Shown: one piece after another, positions 38,336 through 48,744 of the stretch
Layout of the letters: each line of letters opens with the position of its first letter
Position numbering within the stretch: the first letter of the stretch is position 1
Assembly: GCA_963718895.1 (NCBI GenBank)
Contig: CAVRAG010000001.1
Location: 1-64,000 of the forward strand
DNA: 64,000 bases
Direction of reading: 5' to 3'
DNA from: an uncultured Nitrososphaerota archaeon
GTDB lineage: Archaea; Thermoproteota; Nitrososphaeria; Nitrososphaerales; Gagatemarchaeaceae
The notes under the pieces: model-generated
Seen by the model: the letters and a program-made list of their open reading frames with translations, nothing else
Databases searched by the model: none
Told to the model about the DNA's origin: nothing
Made by a program: the position numbers and the translations under genes

Positions 38336-38911
38336 TCATCTCGAAGCAGCATCGGCTTCAGGCGACGTCGGTCTGCGGGACGCCCCTTCAAAGCTTTGCG
38401 TCGCGGCAGAATGGGGCCTCTTCTCGTAGAGGTACATGCGATCCCCAGCGACGACCAAGAGACCGAAGACCGTAGTCGCCGTGGTCAGGCTCACGGTCCC
38501 GACTGTGGCGTTGAGCTTGTCGTTGATCACGACCCCGCCCAGGTATATCTCAAGCACCAGTAGCGCAAGCGCCAGGAGCAAGATCGGCGCGGCTCCGGTC
38601 GGCCGGGGCTTCATCCGCCAGACTGCGACGTTGCTCCCCACGAGCAGGACAGTGGCGACGATGCTCATCGCCCTGTGGATGTACTCCACCTGCGCCGGCC
38701 AGTTAGAGGGAAACCCGAGACTTCCGTTGCAGTAGGGCCAGTCGCTGCTAATCGTGGAAGAACCTCCGACACCGCAGGCGTTGCCGAATCCGCTCCCAGA
38801 GAGGAACGCCCCCCAGACGAAGACCGCGAAGATCGATATGACGGTGGCGTAGACTAGGTACTTGGCCGCGCTCATCGCTGCACTGGCGGGGCTCGTGGAC
38901 CTCTTAAGCAT
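38336..38911 (-). CDS. Short (4-TM) CtaA/COX15 heme A synthase-like protein
   Basis: GNAC...DWPYCNG Cys pair, EYIHR; second conserved His absent. Confidence 0.7.
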   Translation of the reverse strand: MLKRSTSPASAAMSAAKYLVYATVISIFAVFVWGAFLSGSGFGNACGVGGSSTISSDWPYCNGSLGFPSNWPAQVEYIHRAMSIVATVLLVGSNVAVWRMKPRPTGAAPILLLALALLVLEIYLGGVVINDKLNATVGTVSLTTATTVFGLLVVAGDRMYLYEKRPHSAATQSFEGASRRPTSPEADAASR

Positions 38912-39001
38912 GGGATGCCATTCTCACTGTTGAGAATCGTGGGTCGGATGTGCGGACGACGCAGGGTGGGTCGCGTCAACAGTCTCGTCGGCGGCTGCGA
39001 A

Positions 39002-40002
39002 TCATCGCTTGCGAGGTCTCTCGGCTTGGTCGAAGGCGGCGAGCGCCCGCGCCGAGATCGATTCCACCAGGTCGTCACTTGGCATCCACCACTCTCTCCC
39101 GTCCGGCGACTTCCCCGAGACCACGGCGTGCCGGTAGCGCCAGCAGGCGAAGACCAGGGGACGGATGCGCATCGCTGCCCCCAGCCGCGCCAGTTCATCT
39201 CTCCGGAGCCTCACCCGGGAGCGATAGCCTGCGACGACCGAGTCGACGCGATCCGGGGACCAGCCGTCGTTGCCCAGCCCGCAGGCCCAGATCAGGACGG
39301 CCAGCGGGGCGAGACGCGGCCCCTTCCCCGCCCCGGTCCAGTCTATCATGACGAGCTCAGATTCGCGGCTGACAATGAAGTTCTTGGGGACCGGATCGGG
39401 GTGGACGAGCGTCTCGGGCAGGCCGTGGCAGTCGTCGGCGCTGGCGAGCTGCTCACGCAGAGAGTCGTACGGAGCCCGGTTTGCCGCCGGTACCTCCTCT
39501 TCAATCTCTTCGAGCCAGGACGCCGCGGCGTCGAGCTCCTTTCGAGGAGGCCCCCGCGCAGAGAGTAGTGGTGCAGAGCCCCCGCCTCCCGCGAGACTCC
39601 TCCCGACCCAGCGGGCAGGACGTTCAGACGCCCGAGCATCTCTCCCATCTTGAACAGGGTTGCTTCGCTCCGTCCCGCTGTGGTCCCTTCGATGTAATCT
39701 GTCAGGAGGACGGCCCGGCCGCCGGGGGCCGAGACCGGGTCAGGGCGCGCGCACCGCTCGGCGGGAAATCGGTGCTGTTCCAGGAAGCGCAGGACGTCGT
39801 CGTCGCCCTCGGCCTGGTCGACCGAGCGCTCGGCCGGGAAGACCCTCGCGACCCAGCTCTGGCCCTCCTTCCTGTCGACCCGGTAGACGCCCCGGTCGAG
39901 GCGGTTCAGGTCGACGATGCTGATCCCGTAGCGCTTCTCGAGGTACCTCCGAAGCTGTCCCAGGCGAGCTCGGACATCGTCACTGTCTTTCGCGGAAGCC
40001 AT
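39002..40002 (-). CDS. APH/choline-kinase-like phosphotransferase; one frameshift near 39550
   Basis: VYRVDR...WVARVF; Brenner-like HPDPVPKN and IDW once the two frames are joined. Confidence 0.75.
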
Positions 40003-40086
40003 CCTAGCTCGCACCAGATGCGGCCATTTGCCACGCTCCTCAATATAAACTACCGCCCGCGACCCGCCGGTTTGGGAGAGAGAAGG

Positions 40087-40635
40087 ATGAGAATCAGCAG
40101 GCTCAAGTTCCTGATTCTTATCGTAATGTCGATCGTCGGTGTAACGGCCTCTTCCTTTGTCTTCTACATCTACGATACGCTGCATCAGCAGCTGCCGATA
40201 TGCACTTCCTCGGTGAAGATCCTTGGAATCGTCATCAACTGCAACACCGTGCTCGGGAGTAAGTACAACACGGTCTTTGGGGTCAACCTTGACGTTCTGG
40301 CGATCGGATACTTCTTTGTGAACCTGGGGCTCGTCTTCGCCATAGCGTTCGGGAGCGAACGGATCTTCGGAACGGCGTTCAGGGTCCTGTTCGTTTGGAG
40401 GTTCCTCGGCCTGATAATCGTCCCATACCTCATGACCATCGAGTTCGTGGTCCTGAAGGCTATCTGCGTCTACTGCACCATCATGCACGTCTCGATACTC
40501 GTCGACTTCGCCATAGTCACGTACTTCCTCTTCTACAAGGACATCACGCATGCAGGCGGAGGGAATCAGGGAGAATTGCCCGAGACCCAACCTGAGGCAC
40601 TCACATCGCCCGCCTCCTCGGCTGGAAGAGCATAG
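40087..40635 (+). CDS. Vitamin K epoxide reductase (VKOR) family disulfide-bond formation protein
   Basis: Loop Cys pair (ICT...NCNTVLGS.Y..VFG), CVYC active site, H in TIMH. Confidence 0.9.
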   Translation: MRISRLKFLILIVMSIVGVTASSFVFYIYDTLHQQLPICTSSVKILGIVINCNTVLGSKYNTVFGVNLDVLAIGYFFVNLGLVFAIAFGSERIFGTAFRVLFVWRFLGLIIVPYLMTIEFVVLKAICVYCTIMHVSILVDFAIVTYFLFYKDITHAGGGNQGELPETQPEALTSPASSAGRA

Positions 40636-40690
40636 TCAGCGAGACCCTCCCTAACCGGCTGGACCGCCGGGCAGGCTCGGATTGGTCCGT

Positions 40691-40879
40691 TCACAGGGAC
40701 CTTCGAATCGCTTCACCCCGCGAGCCGTTCCTATGGTTCCTCCAGAGCAGGCCAACCACGAGCGCGACCACACCCGCGACGAGTGGCGTGGTGAGATCGG
40801 CCTAGAAGCCCTTTCTGGCAATCAGGATGGCACCAAGGGCCGACAAGATGCAGCCCATCAACAACAGCCTCAATCTCAT
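40691..40879 (-). pseudogene. Small two-TM ORF with an internal TAG
   Basis: MRLRLLLMGCILSALGAILIARKGF*ADLTTPLVAGVVALVVGLLWRN...*, TAG at 40802-40804. Confidence 0.4.
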
Positions 40880-40909
40880 GGAGTTCGTGTCCTTTCATCA
40901 CCTAGTCCG

Positions 40910-41657
40910 CTACTTCCACTTAGTCAGTATCTCCTCCCTGCGGAACGTTGCCCTTGAGACGAAGAAGAGGAGGACGTCCACCACGAGGAAGACAGCTACG
41001 ATGACCAAGAAAGTGGTTGTCGAGCCAAGGTCGATGATGTTCAGCTCCCCGGCGACGTACAAACCGGCCAAGGGCATGATCGTAAGAGCCCCAATCTGTT
41101 GACCGGTCCTGACGTCGTTTATCCTTGAAGAGACGATCACGTTCACCCCGACGCTCATACAGAGACGCGAGAGGAACCAACGTGAAGAGCAAAACGGCTG
41201 CATCCCAGTTAGGGAAATAGTAGTAACCAAGTGTGCTATGCGTCGTGATGTCCATCAGAATCATGAAGACCGTCGCCCCTCCCCACACGGCCACCAAGGG
41301 TGGGATGAACGCGGCGATTCCCTTCCCGAGCAGGATCTCGCCATCTGTCGTCGGAGTAGCCAGAAGCGGCTCCAGACTCTTCTCGACCTTCTCGCCGACT
41401 ATTGTGTAGGATGCGATCGGCGTCGGGAGATAGGCCGCGAGGATGACGTAAAAGAAGAGGAAGGCTGGAAGGAGTATCATGAGCTCCGTCGCCGGGATGC
41501 CGTTCGCGCCGCCCTTGTGACCCCCATAGGAGACCACTGCCGGGATGAGGACGGCGACGATCAGCGGGACAACCGCCAGAGAGTAGATTATGTTCCGCTT
41601 CTTCCTGTACGTCTTGAAATCCTTCGCCGCGATAATCCAGGATTTCGAGACCCGCAT
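40910..41657 (-). CDS. ABC-2 permease; frameshift near 41165
   Basis: ASYTIVGEKVEKSLEPLLATP...ILLGK; C part SSRINDVRTGQQ...FRREEILTKWK. Confidence 0.8.
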
Positions 41658-42579
41658 CTACTTGGCCTCCCTCACGAGCTTCAGGTAGGCGTCCTCGAGT
41701 GACGAACCGCTGACAGAGACGGACTGGACGTGTCCCCCCGCCAGGACGATCGCGCCCACGATCGCGGCGTTCTCCTTCTCGGGGCTCGTCACGTCGACCG
41801 TCAGTTTGTTGCCCTCGACAGCCACGGTTCCCGCAGCCACCTTCTTCACGGCCGTAAGTATCCCGTCGGTGACCTGGTCGAGCTGGATCACCGTCCTCTT
41901 CCCGGCGACCGACCTCTCAAGCTCCTCCGGGGTGCCCGTCGCCATGAGCTTCGTATTCAGGATACCGATCCTGTCGCACACCCTCTGGGCCTCGTCAAGG
42001 TTGTGGGTGTTCAGGAAGATAGTCTTCTTGTCCTTCTTCAGCTCGAGGATGAAGTCCCGCACGGTCTTCGATGCCTCGGGGTCGAGGTTCGCCGTCGGCT
42101 CGTCCATGAAAAGTATCTGAGGATCATGGATGAGGGAGCGCGCGATCGCCAGCTTCTGTTTCATCCCCTTCGAGAAGCTCCCCGCTACAACGTCCCTCTT
42201 GTCCCACAGCCCGAGCATGGTAAGAAAGCGCTGGATGTTCTCCTTCCTCTGCGCCTCGGTACAGTCGTAGAGCTTCCCATAGAAGTCCAGGTTGTCGTAG
42301 GCGCTCAGACTTTCGTAGAGGCCCACGTTGTCGGGGACGAATCCAATCATCTTCCTTATCCTCAGCGCGTCCGCCTCGTCGCCTGTGTCGAGACCGCCTA
42401 CCTTTGCCTCTCCGCGAGGTCTTCGATATCAGGCAGCAGAGCATCCTGACCGTGGTCGTCTTTCCCGCTCCGTTGGGCCCGAGGAACCCGAAGACCTCGC
42501 CCTCCTCGACGCGAAGGGTGACTCCGTCGACCGCCGTCAAGTCGCCAAACTTCTTGGTGAGGTTCTCTGTCTCGATCAA
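41658..42579 (-). CDS. ABC exporter ATP-binding protein; frameshift near 42415
   Basis: GPNGAGKTT in the first frame; [21 protein letters not shown] in the second. Confidence 0.85.
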
Positions 42580-42704
42580 GCTTCCGCCAATCAGCTCCGG
42601 TCGACGACCTGACGGATAAATGCTGTTCTACTAGTACAATGTTTGTACCAGAACTGGCCTCCACGAAGATTCATAATGCGGCTGTCACTCGCTCCACTAT
42701 CGCC

Positions 42705-43358
42705 TTGGAAAACAAAGACAGGTCCCTCGAGCTCATTCACGATACGGGTGTCATCGGCATATTCCGGACCGACCAGCCGGAGAACTGCCTCAAGGCCATG
42801 GACGCGCTCATGAATGGTGGATTGAACGTCTTCGAGGTCACCACGACGACGCCGGGCGCCACCGAACTGATATCTGAGGCAAGAAAGCGGTACGGTCTCC
42901 GGGCCCTCGTGGGGATAGGGACGGTCCTTGACGGACCGACCGCCGAGAAGGGAATAGAAGCTGGGGCCGAGTTCGTCGTCAGCCCGTCGCTTCACAGGGA
43001 CGTGCTCGATGTCTGCAAGAGCAGGGGAGTGGTCAGCTGCCCCGGCACCTTCACCGCCACGGAGGTCGTCGAGGCCTGGAGGTGGGGGGCCGACCTGATC
43101 AAGGTCTTCCCCATCTCCCAGGTGGGGCCCGGGTACATCACATCGCTGCTCGGACCGCTCCCCTGGGTGCGCCTCGTCCCGACGGGAGGGGTGGACTCCG
43201 GAAACGCCCGCGCGTACATCAAGGCCGGGGCCTACGCGCTCGGCGTGGGCGGGGCGCTCGTATCGAAGAAAGCAATGATGGAGGAGAGGTACGACAAGCT
43301 GACGGAGGCCGCAGAGGTTATCCTGCGCGAAGTGAGGAGCGCGAGGGAAGAGAGTTGA
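42705..43358 (+). CDS. eda: KDPG/KHG aldolase (Eda type)
   Basis: FEVT, GIGTVL, GAEFVVSP, TATE, IKVFP, VPTGGV. Confidence 0.88.
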   Translation: MENKDRSLELIHDTGVIGIFRTDQPENCLKAMDALMNGGLNVFEVTTTTPGATELISEARKRYGLRALVGIGTVLDGPTAEKGIEAGAEFVVSPSLHRDVLDVCKSRGVVSCPGTFTATEVVEAWRWGADLIKVFPISQVGPGYITSLLGPLPWVRLVPTGGVDSGNARAYIKAGAYALGVGGALVSKKAMMEERYDKLTEAAEVILREVRSAREES

Positions 43359-44338
43359 ACGAGAGACTGGACGTCGTTACGCTCGGCGAGGCGATGATTA
43401 GGCTCTCCCCGCCAGGTCACCAGAGACTCGAGCAGGCTACGAGCCTGAACGTCGCCATCGGGGGCGCAGAGCTGAGCGTGGCCGTGGGGGTGGCCAGGCT
43501 AGGGCTAAAGTCATCATGGATAACCAAGCTGCCCAAGAACCCCCTTGGGCGTCGGATAGTGAATCAAGCCCGCGAGCAGGGCGTGGACGTCTCGAGGGTC
43601 GTCTGGGCCCCCGAGGGAAGAGCCGGTCTGTACTTCCTGGAAGCCGGAGCTGCGCCGAGGTCATCATCAGTCCTATACGACCGCAAGGACTCGGCCACGA
43701 GCAGGCTGGCCCCCGGTGACGTCGATTGGGGGTTCCTGAAGGATGTAGGACTCCTGCACACGACGGGGATAACGCCCGCCCTGAGCGAATCATGCAGGGA
43801 GATCACCATCGAGGCCATCAGGGCGGCCAAGAAGGCGGGCTGCAAGGTCTGCTTCGACGTGAACTATCGCTCGAAGCTGTGGAGCCCGAAGGAGGCGGAG
43901 GCCGTCCTGACCCCTATAGTGAAGATGGTCGACGTCCTAATCGCTTCCGACGCGGCGACCATCTGGGGCGTCGAAGGGGAACCCGAGCACGTGGTCGGAG
44001 AGATGAAGAAGAGGTTCGGCGTGCCGGTCGTGGCCATGACGGTGCGCGAGGATGACGGGGTGCTCAGGACGCGGACCAGCAGCGTCGCCATCGCGGACAG
44101 GCGGTACGCAGGGAGGAAGACGTACGACACCGAGGTGGTGGACAGGCTCGGCGCAGGCGACAGCTTTGCTGCCGGCCTGATCTACGGCTATCTGAAAGGA
44201 GACATTCAGATGGCCCTCGACTACGGAGACGCGATGGCCGCGTATAAGGCAACGATCCCGGGCGATGTGAACTACGCCACCAAGGAGGAGATAGACCTCC
44301 TGGTCTCGTCCGGAGAGAACCTGAGGATTCAGAGGTAG
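43355..44338 (+). CDS. kdgK: 2-keto-3-deoxygluconate kinase (PfkB family)
   Basis: GEAMIRLSP, GGAE, GLYFLE.GA.PR, YDRKDSA, FDVNYRSKLW, VDRLGAGDSFAAG. Confidence 0.85.
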   Translation: MNERLDVVTLGEAMIRLSPPGHQRLEQATSLNVAIGGAELSVAVGVARLGLKSSWITKLPKNPLGRRIVNQAREQGVDVSRVVWAPEGRAGLYFLEAGAAPRSSSVLYDRKDSATSRLAPGDVDWGFLKDVGLLHTTGITPALSESCREITIEAIRAAKKAGCKVCFDVNYRSKLWSPKEAEAVLTPIVKMVDVLIASDAATIWGVEGEPEHVVGEMKKRFGVPVVAMTVREDDGVLRTRTSSVAIADRRYAGRKTYDTEVVDRLGAGDSFAAGLIYGYLKGDIQMALDYGDAMAAYKATIPGDVNYATKEEIDLLVSSGENLRIQR

Positions 44339-44408
44339 TCCCGGGACGATAGGGCAGTTTGGACGCCTCAGAACATCTTAAATCAGCACTGGAGCCTTCC
44401 ATTCCTCC

Positions 44409-45284
44409 TTGAAACTCTGCAGGTTTCAGTCTGCAAACGGGATATCTTTCGGAGTCTTGAAGGACGGCTGGCTGCACGATCTGACCGGGGTGGATCCGGT
44501 CGGGTTCAGGAACCTCAACACTGCGTACACGAAAGCCGGGTCCGACAGCTCTGCGATGCTCGTTCACATCGAGGATGGTATGAAGAGGGCGAAGAAGGTA
44601 AGGCACGATGACAAGCTGATGAGGATCCCTCTCGAATCGCCGGAGATCTGGGCCGCCGGTGTCACCTATCTAAGGAGCAGGGAGGCGAGGGAGACCGAGA
44701 CGAAGTCGAAGGGGATCTATGACCGCGTCTACGAGGCCGAGAGACCCGAGCTCTTCGTGAAGGACACCGGTCTCAGGTGCAGGGGTCCCGGCGAGGACGT
44801 CTGTGTGAGGAGCGACAGCAAGTGGTCCGTCCCAGAGCCGGAGCTCACCGTGGTCTTCGACGAAGAGACCAGGGTCGTCGGATACACGGTCGGGAACGAC
44901 GTCTCCTCCCGCGACATCGAGGGCGACAACCCCCTCTACCTCCCCCAGGCCAAGGTCTACCGCGGCTCTTCGGCGATAGGGCCGGTGATAGCGACCCCAG
45001 ACGAGATACCAGACCCCCAGAAGCTGGAGATCAGGATGAAGATCCTGAGGGAGGGCAAGGTCGCATTCAAGGGAACGGTGAACACGTCCCAGATGAAGAG
45101 GTCAATCTCGGAGCTCGCCGAGCATCTGAAGCGCGACAATATCCTGAGGAGGTTTACGCTGCTGATGACCGGGACCTCGATAGTCCCGCCGGATGACTTC
45201 ACGCTTCAGGGCGGGGAGACCGTCGAGATCGAGATCGAGGGAATCGGGCTGCTGCGGAACCCGGTCATGAAGCTCAGCCGGTAG
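44409..45284 (+). CDS. FAH-family protein, likely 2-keto-3-deoxy-pentonate dehydratase (KdaD-like)
   Basis: EIWAAGVTYLRSREAR, YDRVYEAERPELFVK, VPEPEL, GNDVSSRDIEGDNPLYLPQAK. Confidence 0.8.
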   Translation: MKLCRFQSANGISFGVLKDGWLHDLTGVDPVGFRNLNTAYTKAGSDSSAMLVHIEDGMKRAKKVRHDDKLMRIPLESPEIWAAGVTYLRSREARETETKSKGIYDRVYEAERPELFVKDTGLRCRGPGEDVCVRSDSKWSVPEPELTVVFDEETRVVGYTVGNDVSSRDIEGDNPLYLPQAKVYRGSSAIGPVIATPDEIPDPQKLEIRMKILREGKVAFKGTVNTSQMKRSISELAEHLKRDNILRRFTLLMTGTSIVPPDDFTLQGGETVEIEIEGIGLLRNPVMKLSR

Positions 45285-45335
45285 CTGGTCGGACAACCGG
45301 CTCCGGTCGTACCCGAGGGCCGTGCGAGAACCGCC

Positions 45336-45894
45336 CTAGATCGAGCCCGTGGCCACGAGGGAGGCCATGATGGCGCCGTCCCCGTCTCCGTCGTCGTACG
45401 AGGTGAGCAGGATGGCGTACCAGCATAGGACGGCGAGGAGAGATAGCTCGCGGAGGTGGAGAGCACCAGGCTCCACGTCCACGGACGCGCCGGTCCGCCC
45501 CCATGCGAAGTTGGGCCTAATAGTCAGCAGCCGTTTCTGATTCGTGATCGGTCAGGGTCCATTCGGACCTCCAGATCCCCTTCGGGGCCAGACGGAACGT
45601 CTCGCCGGTGGGGAGGTCGATCACGCCGCCTCCCCTCCACCCCAGCGTCAGTGTGGCAGAGCCGCTCCCGGAGCCGAGGGCCTGGACGACGATCTTCGGC
45701 GTCCTGAGACCGACTCTCTTGAAAGTCCACTTCCCTTGGGTGGACTCGCCCGTCGCCAACAATCCCCAGCCCTTCTCCCATGTCAGTTTCCCGACGACCT
45801 CGCCCCCAGACATGAGCCTAGAATCGAGCTTCCCGGTCTCCTTCCATGTGAAGGTGCTCGCCTTGGGTTCGGTCGTCGAATTCACCGCAGACAC
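45336..45894 (-). CDS. Hypothetical beta-rich protein; frameshift near 45530
   Basis: Track ORF 45517-45894 continues in another frame ...ELSLLAVLCWYAILL...ATGSI*. Confidence 0.5.
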
Positions 45895-46326
45895 CTATCG
45901 GAAAATATGAGGTTGCCGAAGATAAGGTTAGCACACGCGAAGAATATGGCGATACGGGATTACAGTGCGTCCCGTTCTGAATACCGTAGAGTCAAGCTAG
46001 TCTTCGATTTCGTCAGAGCCGAGGTGAGCTTCGGTTCCTCAAGGTTCGGGCAGAATCAGCCTTTAATATGGAGGCCTTTTGGTGGGGGTGAGCAGCCCTG
46101 GTAGTATAGAGGCCCAGTATGTCGCGCTGTCAAGGAGATGAGGAAACCCCTCTTCTTCGAAGAGCCGCGATGACCCGGGTTCGAAATCGGGTCGAGAAAC
46201 AAGCTCGGTTCGACGAATGTCCCGGCCAGGGCGCTCATCTCTCCTTGTTGAAGAGATGAATCGGTGCAGGGCATGGCTGACAGTTCGACCTCGTCCTTGG
46301 AACTTCTGAGTACGGCCAGGAGTGTT

Positions 46327-47100
46327 CTATCTGACACCGGAAGCGCCTTGCGCCCAGCCGACGAATCTCCGGCCCACCCACTTCGTGGTTTCGGCCAAGG
46401 CAACTCCGATAACCATGATGATCAGGACCCCGGACACGACGGCAGCCGCGTTGAAGAAAGCCGTCTCATCCACAAGGAGGTACCCGAGCCCTGCGTTGTA
46501 GAGGAAGATCTCCGCAACCATGGTGCCGATAAGTGCGGCGCCCACACCTATCCTCAGACCAGCTATGATGAAGGGGGTAGAAGCAGGTATCACGACCTTC
46601 TGCCATAGCCTCCTTCCTTCGAACCCGAAAGCCCTGCCGGTCTCGAGCATGCTCCGCTCGGTGTCCTTCACGCCCGCCATCGTGTTGATCAGGATGGGAG
46701 GCACGGTGTGAAGCGAGATGATGAAGTACGTGGCCGTGATGCTCGGCCCGAACCATATGAGAGCGATGGGGATTATTGCTACCAGCGGGGTGGCATAGAT
46801 GAAATTGACGTACGGGTCGAGGGTATACTCTGCAAACCGAATGCGACCCATCACAAGCCCTAGCGGGATGCCGATGGCACAAGAGATGAAGAATCCAGCG
46901 AACATCGTTTCTACGGTTACCAGGGTGTCACTCGGAAGCGTTCCATTGGACCACAGGGTGGCGAAGGTAGATGCTACCCTCGCGGGTGGAGCGAATATGA
47001 TGGGGTTAACAGACTGACCGATGACCTGCCAGACAATCAGGAATATCGATAGGGCATAGATTCTGATCGCCCAATCGTTCTTCAGGAAACCAAGGGGCAA
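46327..47100 (-). CDS. NitT/TauT ABC permease
   Basis: PYVNFIYATPLVA, INTMAGV, IPASTPFIIAGLRIG, VAE. Confidence 0.9.
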   Translation of the reverse strand: MPLGFLKNDWAIRIYALSIFLIVWQVIGQSVNPIIFAPPARVASTFATLWSNGTLPSDTLVTVETMFAGFFISCAIGIPLGLVMGRIRFAEYTLDPYVNFIYATPLVAIIPIALIWFGPSITATYFIISLHTVPPILINTMAGVKDTERSMLETGRAFGFEGRRLWQKVVIPASTPFIIAGLRIGVGAALIGTMVAEIFLYNAGLGYLLVDETAFFNAAAVVSGVLIIMVIGVALAETTKWVGRRFVGWAQGASGVR

Positions 47101-47103
47101 CGG

Positions 47104-47934
47104 CTAGTCCTCCGCTGGGCTCTCTGGGAGTCGGACGTCCCCTTCCTCGATCACCTGTCTCTCCTTGCCTGCCGCCAGAAGGTTGTGCTTCAGCTTCAGC
47201 TTCAGGGAGAGGGCTTTCTCGGAGAGCAGCGACTCGTCGGTGCGCGGATAGGGAAGGTCCACGCTGAAGACGTCCATTATCGTCGCGGGCTTCCCGCCGA
47301 GGCTGAAGATCCTGTTCGAGAGGGCTATGGCTTCGTCTATGTTGTGTGTGACAAACATCGCCGTCTTCTTGGTCTCCAGTAGGATCTTTAGCACCTCGTT
47401 CTGGAGGGACTCCCTCATGAGGAAATCGACCGAGCTGAACGGTTCGTCCAGCAGTATGACCTCCTGTTCTATGGCCAGGGCTCTGGCAAGCCCCACGCGC
47501 TGCTGCATTCCTCCTGAGAGTTGGTGCGGATGGTAGTTCTCGAAGCCCTTCAACCCGACTAGCTCGACATACTTCGAGGCCACTCTCCTCCTGTCGCTCG
47601 ACGTCAGATTTTGCTTCGCCTCGAGCCCAAACTCCACGTTCTTCAGAACCGTCCGCCACGGAAACAGGTTGAAGCCCTGAAACACCATCGCGCTCTTCGG
47701 GTTGGCCGAATCCAGGACTGGGGTACCGCCGATGGTGACCCGCCCCGAGTCGGGTGGCGATAACCCGGCGACTATGCGCAGCAGAGTGGACTTGCCGCAT
47801 CCGGTGGGCCCGATTATCGAGACGATCTCCCTGTCTTCGACCGTCAGAGAGATGCCGCCGAGAATGCTCGTCCTTACCTTGCCGTCCGAGGAGGCAAAGC
47901 CCTTCGTCACCCGCTCGACAACCACGTTCGCCAT
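47104..47934 (-). CDS. NitT/TauT ABC ATP-binding protein
   Basis: GPTGCGKST, LFPWRTV, LSGGMQQRV, LLDEPF, VTHNIDEA. Confidence 0.93.
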   Translation of the reverse strand: MANVVVERVTKGFASSDGKVRTSILGGISLTVEDREIVSIIGPTGCGKSTLLRIVAGLSPPDSGRVTIGGTPVLDSANPKSAMVFQGFNLFPWRTVLKNVEFGLEAKQNLTSSDRRRVASKYVELVGLKGFENYHPHQLSGGMQQRVGLARALAIEQEVILLDEPFSSVDFLMRESLQNEVLKILLETKKTAMFVTHNIDEAIALSNRIFSLGGKPATIMDVFSVDLPYPRTDESLLSEKALSLKLKLKHNLLAAGKERQVIEEGDVRLPESPAED

Positions 47935-47935
47935 T

Positions 47936-48694
47936 TCAACCACCCTTGGCGGTCGCTTGCCAAGGCGAGACGTAGGCCTCAACCCTCTTCAGCGCCTCGG
48001 TCATCAGCAAGCCAATCAGGCCCAACGTCACTGCTATCGCGAACACTGGAGCGACCTCAAGGAGATCAGAGTAGTAGACCATCAGGAAGCCGAGCCTGTC
48101 GAGCTTGACCAAGAGCTCGGCCACGATCACACCTACGAAGCCTCTCCCTATGCCGAGCCTCAGACCGGTGATGATGTACGGGAGCGCGCCCGGAATCACC
48201 ACCTTCCTGTAGAACGCCAATCCTCGGAAGCCGAACGCGTGCCCGGTCTCCACGTAGCTCGATTTCAGGTTCTTGACTCCCGCCAGAGTGTTGATGAGGA
48301 TGACGAAGACCGCCGACAGGATTACTATCACGAGCAGTTCGTAGAAACCTATTCCCAACCAGATGACGAAGAGGGGCGCCAGAGCGACGTACGGCGTGCT
48401 GTAGAGCGCGCTGATGTACGGGTCGAGGGCCGTATCCAACATGTGCCACCTGGCCATGGCAATCCCCGTGGAAATCCCCAGCACCGCGGCGACAGCGAAA
48501 CCGACGAAGAAGTCTCGCAGTGTGGTGAGGAGGTCATAGAGGTACGAGGTCGAAGTACAGAGGTTTACGAAGGCTGATATTATTCGAGACGGCGAGGAAT
48601 ACAGATTGGGGTCGACTGACCCACCGACTACCTGCCAGACAACCAGCACCGCGGCAACCGAAGAGAGTCGCACAGCCCACTTGTAGCTTACCAA
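47936..48694 (-). CDS. NitT/TauT ABC permease
   Basis: PYISALYSTPYVALAPL, INTLAGV, IPGALPYIITGLRLG, IVAE. Confidence 0.9.
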   Translation of the reverse strand: MVSYKWAVRLSSVAAVLVVWQVVGGSVDPNLYSSPSRIISAFVNLCTSTSYLYDLLTTLRDFFVGFAVAAVLGISTGIAMARWHMLDTALDPYISALYSTPYVALAPLFVIWLGIGFYELLVIVILSAVFVILINTLAGVKNLKSSYVETGHAFGFRGLAFYRKVVIPGALPYIITGLRLGIGRGFVGVIVAELLVKLDRLGFLMVYYSDLLEVAPVFAIAVTLGLIGLLMTEALKRVEAYVSPWQATAKGG

Positions 48695-48744
48695 GAGCTA
48701 CCGCTACATCCTTGGACTGAGGCGCGCCATGCCCACGCGGCAGA

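Noticed and set aside
39346-40635. Apparent 414-aa and 384-aa overlapping ORFs suggesting an APH-VKOR fusion
   Set aside because: Two divergent genes (APH from 40002 on minus, VKOR from 40087 on plus) sharing a TATA-containing gap; the extensions are antisense read-through
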